DNA of 64,000 bases from Phaeosaccion multiseriatum (lineage: Eukaryota > Protista > Ochrophyta, other classes): NCBI GenBank assembly GCA_965112735.1, contig OZ218960.1:1798001-1862000 (forward strand), given 5' to 3'. The first letter of the stretch is position 1, and each line of letters begins with the position of its first letter. A model generated the notes under the pieces. That model was given only the letters and a program-made list of their open reading frames with translations. It ran no database searches and was not told where the DNA came from. Of the stretch, positions 27,107 through 38,066 are shown piece by piece. The translations under genes and the position numbers were made by a program.

Positions 27107-27928
27107 ATGGCTTCTTCGTCTGCTGCGAGGACGAACTTGACGTCGAATGACGTCTTCATCACCAACAACAAGCTCGGGGATGGAACCTTTCGTACCTGCG
27201 TGGCGGGCACGTTCATTGGAGGAAACAGGAACAATCAGGAAGCGGCTTGCAAACGCTTTAAACCTCACTTTAGGCAGTTTGAGGACGAGTACTTTGCGGC
27301 GGACTTCAAGATTGCAGACAAGAGCATAGCATGGGCAGAGCAGTGGAACGAGTTTTGCGAGGTTGGAAAGGAGATTCTCATCTCGCGAGGAACCATCCAC
27401 CGCTCCCGCTCTGGCATTCAATACTTGGTGGAGCCGCTGATTCGCAACTATAGAAAGTGGACTTCTAATTCTGGTTGGATATTGGAGGAAAATAGCGACG
27501 GGGTCCACGCAATGGAGGCATTTACCCACTACTCCTACCACGCCTCAAGCGGGAATCTCATTGTGACCGACTTGCAGGGCCGCTACAAGTATAACCGCTT
27601 CGCCAGATCGAAGAGCCGCTTCGAGCTGTCGGACCCTGCCATTTGCTCACGGCGCCGCGACTACGGTCCCACAGACATGGGAGCCAAGGGCATCGACTCG
27701 TTCTTCGCTAACCACCAGTGCAACGACTTTTGCAAGCCGCATTGGCAGACGCCGCGCAGAGTAAGGCAGTGGTTCCCTCGCACCTCAGGCACGTCCATGA
27801 TGTCCTCTTTGATGACTCCGCAGCTCAACCTGCAGAGCCGCACCACCTTTCGACTGGGCATGGACAACATCATGGAGGAAGAGTCTGAGGAAGACTCCGA
27901 CGATGGCGTCATTGGCTACTGTTTCTGA
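27107..27928 (+). CDS. Alpha-kinase (eEF2K/MHCK family), stand-alone and intronless
   Basis: Motifs LGDGTFRTC, ACKRFK, YLVEPLI..YRKWTSNSG, MEAFTHYSY..LIVTDLQG, LSDPAI, YGPTDMGAKGIDSFFANHQCNDFC (Zn-binding H/C). Confidence 0.93.
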   Translation: MASSSAARTNLTSNDVFITNNKLGDGTFRTCVAGTFIGGNRNNQEAACKRFKPHFRQFEDEYFAADFKIADKSIAWAEQWNEFCEVGKEILISRGTIHRSRSGIQYLVEPLIRNYRKWTSNSGWILEENSDGVHAMEAFTHYSYHASSGNLIVTDLQGRYKYNRFARSKSRFELSDPAICSRRRDYGPTDMGAKGIDSFFANHQCNDFCKPHWQTPRRVRQWFPRTSGTSMMSSLMTPQLNLQSRTTFRLGMDNIMEEESEEDSDDGVIGYCF

Positions 27929-28980
27929 TTTTGGCGGCTACTACTGACAGAATGAATGCGGAGAGAGGCGGAGTAGAGGACAAGGACGGCGAAAGGCGCC
28001 ATGTGCAGTACAGCTCGTCAAAGAAACGACGGCTACTACTACTACGACGACAACTGCTACTGAAGAAAGGAGCCGACGAGTAAGGCGAGCGAGAGGACGA
28101 GGACATCGAAAGACGCCATGTATAGTACAGCTCATGCAGGACCATTGGTGCCGAATTGCCACTTTGCCGCTCACTCGTGTAGCGAGGCGATGACAGGCTT
28201 GTTTTGGAACAGCTGCAGCAAGACAAGAAAATAGAGAGGGGGAGAGAGAGAGGAGGGGGGAGAGAGAATTTGGAGTACTGCGCCTCGTAAGAAAGCAAAG
28301 ACGCCCTGACACTACAGGGGCGGCAGGTAAGAGGGGAGTGACGTCGAGTGGCCCATGGATGTTTGAAAGGTTTAAAGGTTTGTACGTACGATAGAGTAGT
28401 TTAGTTGTTTTTATTATAAGAGAAGGAAATCTCGGTGACATCGAATATAAGTAAATCTTTTTTTTAATGATTGGAGATGATGGTGAGGTGTGCGACACGA
28501 CTGGCTGGCACCGTCCATCCCCGCTACCACTGCCCGTTCCAACCCCTGCTTGAAGCGCCTTCACAAGCTTTGGACCGAAAAAAAAAGGGGGGGGGGAACC
28601 GCTTCCTACTTAAGTGCTTTCAACAACAAAAGGTCCTACTGCCGTACCTCAGCTCGCTCATTGTGAGGGAAAGCAAGTGCTCCAAATGGATCCAAAATAG
28701 GGGGGGGGGGGGGCTTCCAAGGATCGGGCCCGCTCATGACGTTCTCCTGGCCACTCCTCGGTCAGTGTGAGTCACGAACGGTGGCCTGGCTCGACTCCCC
28801 CTCCCTCTCGCTGCGGTCAAGACGCAGAGCTTGTAAGCCGCAGCTCAATCGGAAGGGCCTCGCCAACCTCTGTTGCACGCTGCAACTTGCAGCCTAATCG
28901 ACCACTGAAGGGTTTATGAGGAGTATGTATCTATTACACCCTTGAAGTGCCATCTATGGTGGGAGTACAAATTTATTGCC

Positions 28981-29212
28981 TTAATAGAAGTCATGCTCCT
29001 CACGGGCAAGACCCGTTTGCTAGATAATAGAGCCTTCAGACACCATCGACAAAGTCAAGGAAGGTATCTTCTACCAGGGAGGAATTCCTTTTCATCAGCA
29101 GAGGCTAATCTACGGCGGTAAGCAGCTGATGGACGGCAACAAGCTGTCCGACTACAATATTCAGAAGGAGAGCACCCTGCACATGTTGGTGCGTCTGCTG
29201 GGAGGCGTGTAG
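28981..29212 (+). pseudogene. Ubiquitin-like sequence with a +1 frameshift (pseudogene or assembly indel)
   Basis: [15 protein letters not shown], one extra A near 29026, then [61 protein letters not shown]. Colinear with ubiquitin; absent from the ORF track. Confidence 0.85.
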
Positions 29213-29514
29213 GGACATGTTACCCTGCTTTTACCCTGCTGGCTGCAGCCTGGGTCTTGTTGGTCTCATTGGATGCGTGTAGTACATGTGTATGAGTGTA
29301 TCGTACCTCCCGGTGTTAATGGACAAGGGTTTAGTTACTGCAAGGTTAATATTCAGCGTCTTTGCCGGGAGAGTAGAGGTAGATGCTCATGAAGACTCTC
29401 ACCGGGAAAACGCCTATATACTCACCCCCGTCCATTGATACACAGAGGGCCTAACAACAATACAAACATGATGGGAGACGTGTGAAGAGACCACTTACAA
29501 GAGTACAAGACTCA

Positions 29515-30780
29515 TTACAGCTTGCTCACGGTCTCGCCTTGCTCCAACACCCCGCGGAGCTGCTCCGTCGTATCACCAACGGGCGTGCCTGGCCTAACCC
29601 ACACCGTATGCATGCCCAGCGCTCTGGCCGTCTTGAGATTAGCACCAATGTCGTCCAGAAAGATGCATTCAGACGGCTTTGCCCCAAGCAGCGTACACAC
29701 CAGACGATAAACGCCAATGTCCTCCGGTTTGCGCTGTCCCATCAGAGAGGAGCGCACCACAGCGTGTGCCACGCCCCGAAGCTCCTTGGAAAGCAAGCTC
29801 GGGCCGGACCCACGCAATGCTCCTGTATCACCAACTGCTGCTGCCAGCGGGGCCCGGGGTTCAGAGCGCGGCGGCCTGTAGGCCGGGTCCACCAGGAAGT
29901 CATTGGAAAGCACCCCCACGAGGTAGCCCTGTCGCCGCAACTCCCTCGCGTAGGCCACCATCTCCGGTCGAGGCGTTGCCCCCGCCCGTGCGATGCGCCG
30001 AAACAGCTCTGCGCAATCGATGGAGCCGGCCTCAAGGCAGGCCAGCCTCCGCCGCACCTCCTTCTCCTCCTCTGCACCGGCACTCGGGGAGGAGGAGGTG
30101 GACTCCCTCCTCGCTCCTCCCCCTCCTCCTCCTCCTCCTCCTCCTCCTCCTCCTCCTCCTCCTCCTCCTCCTCCTCCTCCTCCTCCTCTACTACTACTAC
30201 TGCTGTTGTTACTACTGCTACTGGTACTCCTGCTTCCTTTTCTGCCGCCACTGCTGCTGCTGCCACGACCATTCCGCGAGAGAAAGTACTTCATGTATGC
30301 CTCCTTGCTCCTCGCAGAAGTCAGTTCTCTGCCGAGCCTCTCCAGAAAGCCGTCGGACAGCGTCTCCTGCCCCTTCTCCAGGCGCCGAAACAGCGCCCCA
30401 CCTCCTTCTTCGCTCGCGAGCGCAACGCTAATGTATCCCGCGGGAAGAGGATCTACACCCCAATCGCTAAATGGAAACCCCCCCGCAACAGATCCACCGA
30501 CCCGATCTCGCCTTCCACCTCCACCTCCTGCTCCTCCTCCTCCTCCTCCTCCTCCTCCTCCTCCTCCTCCTCCTCCTCCTCCTCCTCCTCGTCGTCGTCG
30601 TCCTCCCTCCCTCTCAAACCGCGCGATTGCCTCCAGAGGAGAGGCGCTCAGTACCCCTCCAACATCGAAGATGACGGCTTTGATGGCGCCATGCCGAGCC
30701 CTCTTTCGGATCAGGGGTAGCGGGCGACGACCAAGAGGAGGGGGGCTGCAGCTCGCATTCTCCACTTGTCCTCCTGTCCT

Positions 30781-30815
<35 letters not shown>

Positions 30816-33634
30816 CCTCTTCTCTGGACCCCTGCAATGGCACACATCCTCCTCCTCCGCCTCCTCCCCCCCGTCCTCCTCCTCCTCCTCCGTCTGCCGC
30901 CGCCGCCGCTGCAGGAGCAGTGTGGGCCATTGCATCCGCCTGCTGCCGAGAGAGACTCAACATGTGGGGCCACACACTCGCGATGTGCGCCGCATAGGAG
31001 CTACTCGCCACCCCCTGCGCCAGGCGAGCGGCAATACCGTGCGCAATGACACAATTCTTGAAGAAGATGAAGGCGAGGTAGAACGGGAAGCAGTCGAACA
31101 GGGCGTCCTCCTCCCCGCTGAGGCGCTGGTAGACGTCGACGAGATCGGAGGAGTGGGGGATGCCGAGGCGCTTCAGATCCAGGCCCTGCAAACCAGACAG
31201 AGGTCCCATCTGTTGCATGTCGTGTGTGTGTGTGTGCATGTGTGTGTGCGTGTGTGTGCGCGGGTTCGTATGTCGATGTGTGTCAGGGGTAGCTATGGTG
31301 AGATAAAGATTTCATCAAACAAGAGACACACATACCAAAGTTAAAGCAAAGCAGCATAGTGCAGAAACACGTATGTTTTAGTTTCAGTCTATTTGACCCC
31401 CAACCAATGGCCAGCCCGGAAAGGAGCGGCCCGCTTCATAGCTAGCCTGCCCTGAGGCTGACCGCCCGTTTGACACGTGTTCAAGTACGACACGAGCTCA
31501 CCGGCAGACAACGGGCAGACAACCAACACGTGCACAGCAACACCTCACCTGCACCGTGGCGCCAGTGGCAGGGGCCCTTAGATGGTGGCCTATGGTAAGG
31601 CTGGCGAGGTCTGCCATAGGGTGGCCCAGCGTGGAAAGCTCCCAGTCCAGCACAGCGATCACTCGGGGCTCGGTCGGGTGGAGCATTACATTGTCTGCTT
31701 GACGGAGTGAGGTTGGGGGGGAGGGGGAGGTGTTTGTCAAGTCGGTAGTCGGTCAGGAAGGAATTGGACAGGGAGGGGGCAGGGGGAGAGGGGAGTGGAA
31801 GTCAAGAGATTATGAGGAGAGGGAGAGGAGGGAGAGGGGAGTGAGACAGGAGGAGCGAGGTGTTGTTCAAGTCGGTAGTGGGTAGGTCAGTCATATGGAT
31901 CCGGGACGCCAGACTGCACTCGCAGTCCCCCCCCCCCCCCCCAATGCACTCACCTACGCGAAAGTCGCCATGCACGAGCGAGGTCCTGTCCGGTACCATT
32001 CCGCTGTCCAGCAGTCGCATCAGATCTCTACTCAGCTCCTCCAATCCCGGGACCGCCCCTGCGTCCTCGGCCTGTCGGGCACTGACTCGCACCAGAGTCT
32101 TCAATTGGCGCTTGAAATAGCCACCACCGGCAGGTGATTGTGTAGGTGCAGATGTAGGTGTGACTGCTCCTCCTAGTGGGCTTGATTGGTGGGCTGGGAC
32201 TCTCCTGCCCCCCCCAAAGGAGTAAAGGCCGCTGCTCTGTAAGTCAACGGAGTGGATGGCGACAAGGACCTCCACGCAGGAGAGATAGGCCGCTCGGCGC
32301 TCACTGGGGGACATGCCTTTGGGTTGGCGGCGACAAGAAGGGGGAGGGAGGATGGAGGAAGGAGGAGGGACCAGGCAGCAAGGGATGGGTAAGAGCAAGA
32401 CGATAACACACACACACACACACACTCACAGAGAGTGAGAAAGAAAGAGAGAGGATGAGAGGGGAGGGGAGGAGGGACGGTTGGGTTGTCTTTACGTGTG
32501 TCATTCTCGAAAGAAAGGACTACGCCCTCTACGACGCGAGTGCGCCAATCTCTCTCTCTCTCTCTCTCTCGGTCTCTCTCTCTTCTCTCTCTGTCTCTCT
32601 AGTCTCTATCTTTCTCTCGCCCTGCACCCATTCCTCACCCGGCAGCGAAGGGTTGGAGAAGACTCTCCCCTTGACGTATTGCATGACGTAGAACGGCGTA
32701 CCAATGATGGCCTCATCCGTGCACAGGAGAAACGTCTTTGGGACGGGAACATCCGTGGGCTAGAGGGATTTAGAGGCATACGGGGAGGTAGGGGAGGGGA
32801 GGGGAGGGCAGGGGAGGGGCACGATTCGGTTAATACGCACTCCGGAAAAGCCGCCGAGAGAGTGACTGAAGAGTAAGTAAGCGCGGGAAAAGAGTTGAGC
32901 CAGTGTATCCGGTGGGAAGAGGGTGGGTGTACAGTGCTCGGAGGCGACAGATATTCTGAGGCGATGACTCCCACGGTGAAGGGATCCAAACATTGCATGG
33001 GTCAAGGGACGCAGCCGGTAGCACATGATGCTACTCACCTCCAGCGCCCGTAGCACCCGATACTCGCGCTCCACCGCGTGGGCACTGCTCACCTGCGATA
33101 CAGAGAGAGCGAGAGGGGCAGAGGGTCGAAGGCTTGGGTTGGGTGGGGTGGGGGGAGGGGAAGAGGTCGCAGACAGTAGAACGGATTTATTTTGCTGAGG
33201 CGGTCAACAGGTCATCACCCCCGGACAGTCGCGCTCTATTCGTATCGTACCTTTACTGATGCGGGCTTCTTCCGCAGCACGAACTCAGCCTGCAGGAGAG
33301 GTGGCTCGTTCGGAGAGCTACTGCTGCTATCGCGAGGATGGCGGAAGTGTACTCGCAGGAGGAAGGTAGGATTGCTCTGACCGACACCAAACTTGCTCAG
33401 CTCGATGGAGAAGGCTTGATCCTGCTGCTGCTCCCCTTCTCGAATCTTACTGTTGCCGCTGCCGCTGCTGCTCCTACTTCTTCCATAGCGCTCTCGGCTG
33501 GTACTGATCTCTGTAGCGTGGTCTAAGAGACGCAGGTCGTGTCGATGTGTCCAGAGGTAGTCTTGGAGAGCGGCAGTGCTGAAGTCGAATTGAGCGGGGC
33601 GAGGATGGCTCTGCATCACAGGGAAGGTGCCTCC
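29515..33634 (-). CDS. ACAD10/11-like phosphotransferase (APH/choline-kinase fold) fused to a C-terminal HAD hydrolase; no acyl-CoA dehydrogenase domain
   Basis: Exons 33634-33251, 33092-33039, 32759-32639, 32316-31954, 31694-31549, 31209-29515. Kinase motifs [62 protein letters not shown] motifs [32 protein letters not shown]. Confidence 0.9.
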
Positions 33635-35502
33635 CTTGTCTCCGAGAGACAAGAGAGCAGAGAAGAAGGAAGAAAAAAGAAAAAAAAATAATGACTTACT
33701 CTCTTTCCTCTTTCCCCCCTCCCCTCATTCCTTGCTGCGGCGCAAGCATACGTTTCGGCCGAAAAAGTTGGGTCAGATCGAAGGGTCCGAGCCACGATGA
33801 CGCTCCCCGAGCGCGCTCCAGCGAGATTCAGGGCATCTGCACCAAGCTGCAACTGTGCAAATGCGCCCATAACATACAGGGGTACGTCTTTGTCCCACGA
33901 CAGATTCTCATGCAGCGCTGGCAGACCTTCGACGCAATGGATGGGGTGCTGCTCCTGGAGTGAGGAGAGGATTGGCACCAGGTCGAGATCAAGGTTCCCT
34001 CCGGTAGCCAGCCACACGTAATCGAAGCATGCAGTGTTACCATTGTCGAATCGGACGTGGATGTCTCCCTCGAGCGCGGCGCTGCTCGGGCGCCACTGTG
34101 CCTGCACCACGAGGGCCTCTTCGACAATTTTAAACTCCGTACTATTCGCCCGCGACGCGCACTCGAGAAGCTCTCCGTAGGCATCGTCTGACATGGATCC
34201 GCCACCACGGAGTGTGGTGTTGAACTGCAGACGCTCTCGCGGATCTTCGAGTTTCTTGAATTCGCGTATCACCTCTGGGCGTTTGAGGCCCACGTACTCG
34301 TTGTCGACGTCGAACGGTTTTCGTGTGATGGTCCGGCGGGCGCACAGAGTGACAGACGACGCCCCGCGACGGATCGCGACCTGCGCAAGATGCGCAGCCG
34401 TCTGGCCCCCGCCGACAACCAACACTCGGCGGCCACTCACCGCAGAATCATTGGCCAAGTCGAGCAGCCACGACTGGAGCGGAGCAGCATGCTGCACACG
34501 GTGAGCCAAGTCGTGCTTGACGTCGTGGTCATCGCGGTCATCATCGTGGTCATCATCGTGGCTCAGTGAGTCCTTGAGCTCGTCGACCCACCATGGCATG
34601 GTCGTCCGCATCGCTTGGAACGCTGGCCCAGGTCCCATCGAGCATACGACCCGGCGCGTCACATACTGACGGCCGTCTACGAGTCGCACCTCGAAGGTTC
34701 GGGCCTCGTTGGCCACTGGGGGAGGCTCAATGATACGAATGTCGGCGACGGTTCCGCGTTCCACGAGCGGCGCAAGGTTGTACCGCTCTACCAGCGTCGC
34801 ACAAAAATCAAGAAAGAGCTGGGTGCTGGGAACGCGGAAGGGCGCGTAGTATCCAGCTTTGCGACAGGCCTCCCGATCAACATGGCCCATGAGCCTGATC
34901 TCGTCTTCTCGGTTCTCCAAGATTGCCCATTCGCTCATGCTCTCGTAATCTGAAGGGCCAGGGTGCATCCAGGTGTGGCTTCTCAAGTAACGAATGTTAT
35001 AGGCTTCAAAGTTGTTCTTCCACTGCGTCATGAATTCTCCGTGGCTGTCAATGACCACTGTTCGTGGGAGACTCTCCACCGCATCAAACCGTTTGTGAAG
35101 CTTCGCGCGGATGGTAGCTCTCGCACTTGCGGGTCGTGCCTTCGTCATGAAGACGGTGCGTTCAGCTTCAGTAAACAAGTCAGGCTGGTCATCGACGAGA
35201 CGTGTCAGAAGAGACAGGGCGTGAGGCCCGGCCCCAATGACAAGCAGATCCAACAACTCCGGTCCAGCCTCTTTGGTCTTGGACTCAGCCGATGCCGGTG
35301 GCATGGCTGCTGGTTTGCGAAAGTGTGATGTCTTCGGAGGGCTTGTGTCCTGGTGGAGGCAGCCCGGGCAAGCATCGCCAGCACCGCGGTCCTTCCGACC
35401 GATACACTCGTCACTGCTGCTGCTGCCCGTGATCCCATCGTGTCCACGTTGGACTGCCGCGACGGTTGAGGCATCGGCGGGACCGGGAAAAACGTCAAAC
35501 AT
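33616..35502 (-). CDS. FAD/NAD(P)-dependent oxidoreductase (lysine N6-monooxygenase-like flavoprotein); probably the first exon of the APH-HAD gene
   Basis: Two Rossmann motifs LVIGAGPHAL and VLVVGGGQTA, plus W..NF....IRYLRS, PSTQLFLDFC, DYVWLATG, GLP.L, LYVMGAFAQLQLG..ALNLAGAR. The ORF tail (VSHYFFFFF..) reads through a candidate intron at 33699-33635. Confidence 0.88.
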   Translation of the reverse strand: MFDVFPGPADASTVAAVQRGHDGITGSSSSDECIGRKDRGAGDACPGCLHQDTSPPKTSHFRKPAAMPPASAESKTKEAGPELLDLLVIGAGPHALSLLTRLVDDQPDLFTEAERTVFMTKARPASARATIRAKLHKRFDAVESLPRTVVIDSHGEFMTQWKNNFEAYNIRYLRSHTWMHPGPSDYESMSEWAILENREDEIRLMGHVDREACRKAGYYAPFRVPSTQLFLDFCATLVERYNLAPLVERGTVADIRIIEPPPVANEARTFEVRLVDGRQYVTRRVVCSMGPGPAFQAMRTTMPWWVDELKDSLSHDDDHDDDRDDHDVKHDLAHRVQHAAPLQSWLLDLANDSAVSGRRVLVVGGGQTAAHLAQVAIRRGASSVTLCARRTITRKPFDVDNEYVGLKRPEVIREFKKLEDPRERLQFNTTLRGGGSMSDDAYGELLECASRANSTEFKIVEEALVVQAQWRPSSAALEGDIHVRFDNGNTACFDYVWLATGGNLDLDLVPILSSLQEQHPIHCVEGLPALHENLSWDKDVPLYVMGAFAQLQLGADALNLAGARSGSVIVARTLRSDPTFSAETYACAAARNEGRGERGKRVSHYFFFFFLPSSLLSCLSETREAPSL

Positions 35503-35786
35503 CTTATGCTCAACGAATAATGTAATGTCGGGGCCCTTCCTTACGCGCTTCCACTTCGATTGATCCTCCTCTGGTGCCTCTGCATCTGCCGCTGGTGCCG
35601 CTGCCCCGCTGTCTCCTCTTCTTTTTTTTTCTTCTCTCTGATTTTATCTTCTAAAATCTTGTGCCACTACACACCCCCCCCGGCTAAACACCTGCCCTCG
35701 CTCTCTGTTGTGTTGGTGCTCCAGGAGCCACAGATGGAAATGAACCACCGGTTTTTTTTCTTCTTGATTCCCCCCCCCCCCCCTTT

Positions 35787-36923
35787 ATGGAGCACATTAC
35801 CGATGAAGAGGGGCGCGTGGAGGGGCAAGAAACGCTCCCTCCCCCCGAAGCCAAGTCTGCAGTAGAGTCGGAGGATTGGTTTGCTTCCGCTGGTGGGGCT
35901 GGGCTTGAGGGTGGGAGCACGCCTCCATGGGACTCGGAGGGAGCTGGGGAGGCTGAGTCCAGCGACGATGGAGGGTCTGCGGCTTACGAAGGAGGAGCGA
36001 ACGAAGCACCGTATGAGGCTTGCCACGAGACCTTGACCAAGCATGAGCTGTTCCAGGTCGTGATGGAGTACGTGGGTGGGGGAAATTTCCTCTTTGTGGC
36101 TGGTGCGAGTCCGGAGTGGAGGATCCGCTACAGCCATTCGTACCCAGCCTTGAAGACAAACTTGGCGTCTGTGGTCAGCTCTGTGGAGTGCGTGAGATGG
36201 GCGATGAGTAAGGGCCTCGAGCTGAGTGAGAAGACTTTTGAGGTCGCTGCCAAGCACGGCGATGTAGAAGTGTGCAAGGTTCTCCACGGCAAGGACTGTC
36301 CCTGGAATGAAGAAGTATGCTTGGCAACGGCAAGCAATAAGAAGCATGGTCTAAGCGTTCTCCAATGGCTGCGATCAGAGGATCTTCCGGGGAAAGAAAG
36401 GTGTCCATGGGGTGAATATATTTGTGGAGAGGCTGGAGCTTTTGGGAATCTGGAGATGCTAATGTGGCTGCTATCGGGTGACGTGCAGGCCCCGTATGAC
36501 AGCCTCAGTTGGTACCACATTTGTGAGGGGGGTCACCTTCCCATCTTGGAGTACGTGCTCCGTCATCCCCTCACGAGAGCCTTGCTGGAACAGAATATAG
36601 ATGGAATGTGGCGCATGGGGGCTGGGTTCGCTGCGATGAAGGGCAAGCTTGAGGCAATGCAGTTTCTTCACGCCAATGCCCGCGACCTCTGTGGTTGGAA
36701 TGAGTGGGTCTGTATGCATGCAGTCAGGAGTGCCAAGAGCCTGGCAATGCTCAAGTGGCTCCGGTCAGAGGAAGTGCAGTGTGCGTGGAACGAAATGTCG
36801 TGCCCACAGGTCATCAGGGACGAAGCAAACCAAGGTGGTATTTATATCATCGGCGCCGAGACCTTTGCAGAGATCAAGCAGTGGGTGCATGCCAATGGAC
36901 ACCCCTGCCACTGCAAGGACTGA
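35787..36923 (+). CDS. Ankyrin-repeat protein of the 'CPW' type with an F-box-like N-terminal motif, intronless
   Basis: Repeats AAKHGDVEVCKVLHGKDCPWNEEVC, LQWLRSE..RCPWGEYICGEAGAFGNLEMLMWL, AAMKGKLEAMQFLH, MLKWLRSEEVQCAWNE. N-terminal ELFQVVMEYVGGGNFLFVAGASPEWR. Confidence 0.85.
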   Translation: MEHITDEEGRVEGQETLPPPEAKSAVESEDWFASAGGAGLEGGSTPPWDSEGAGEAESSDDGGSAAYEGGANEAPYEACHETLTKHELFQVVMEYVGGGNFLFVAGASPEWRIRYSHSYPALKTNLASVVSSVECVRWAMSKGLELSEKTFEVAAKHGDVEVCKVLHGKDCPWNEEVCLATASNKKHGLSVLQWLRSEDLPGKERCPWGEYICGEAGAFGNLEMLMWLLSGDVQAPYDSLSWYHICEGGHLPILEYVLRHPLTRALLEQNIDGMWRMGAGFAAMKGKLEAMQFLHANARDLCGWNEWVCMHAVRSAKSLAMLKWLRSEEVQCAWNEMSCPQVIRDEANQGGIYIIGAETFAEIKQWVHANGHPCHCKD

Positions 36924-37379
36924 GGATGGGGTGTTGTGGGGCGAGTTCAGGCATGAACGCTGAAGTCAAGGACAACGAAGCATACATTGGGTCGAGAGAA
37001 AAAATAGGGTACAATGATAGAGAGAGAGGTGGGGGTAAGAGATAGAAGAGACAGAGGAGAGGTAGAGGGGGGGAGAGATGTAACAACGGAGCAGAGAGGG
37101 GAGGGGGGGGATGGCGGGGCGTCAGAGAAGGGGTAGAAGCATTGGCGGCGGCGGAAAGTATCCTCCCTTGATTGACGGAAGCTGGCGGAGGAGGGCACCC
37201 GCCCTACTAGGCTACTGAATGAAACAAAGGGGGGCGCCTTACTCGGCAGTGTGAACCTCACTGTGTGTTCAAGGCAATAATGAATGACTTCACAGAAAAT
37301 CTCATCCTCCCCTTCCCCCCTTGTCTACACCCACAACATAAACTGAAACGAACCGCGTCATAATTGATTCTAAAATTAA

Positions 37380-38021
37380 TTAAACTAGTAGTAACTCCTC
37401 GTCCTGCAGCCTTGGATTCGAAGTCTTGGGCGCCGTGCAGCTCACTCCAAAGGCCTTCTTCTCCATCTTCATGTTGCGAAAGCCTGCCCGCCTCAGCCGG
37501 TCCACCACGCCTCTATACTGCCTGCCCCCCTCCTTGGACTCTTGGTTGCCAATGTAGTGAAACAGCGTACCGCCCCTCTTCAGCACACGATACAAATCGT
37601 TGTAGAACTGCTGTCCGTAGAGGTCGGAGCCCTTACACAAGGCTCTTGCCGGTGGGTCGTGGACAATGGCGGAGTAGTCGTTCGAAGGCAGCGTCTTGAT
37701 TATCTCGCAAGTATCTCCGCGGTGGCTGGTTATCCTCTCGTTGGTAAACAGTTCTTTTGTTGGGTTGGGGGCAGAGTGTAGTAGGTAAGAGCCAGTAGGA
37801 TAGGAACGAGAGGGGGGGGGAGAGAACATCCCAAAGGAGGAGGAGGAGGAGGAGGAGGAGGAGGAGGAGGAGGAGGGAGGGGAGGGGACTACAATACCGC
37901 TGATGAGGATGTCCAACCTCTGCCCCCTGTGGTCCTCACCTACTCCAATCGATCAATCAATCATCAATCCTCCACCCATCCATCCGCCAAATCAACCAAT
38001 TTGCTTCCAAGGTGCTTGCGG

Positions 38022-38066
<45 letters not shown>

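Noticed and set aside
5638-29837. The dispersed 15-bp motif as a CRISPR repeat or phage operator (TATCACC resembles the lambda operator half-site)
   Set aside because: Copies are irregularly spaced, in both orientations, inside eukaryotic exons, with no spacers, cas genes or dyad symmetry.
33614-33618. TGATG stop-start overlap as evidence of a bacterial operon or contamination
   Set aside because: The downstream gene has five spliceosomal introns, and a canonical in-frame intron explains the junction better.
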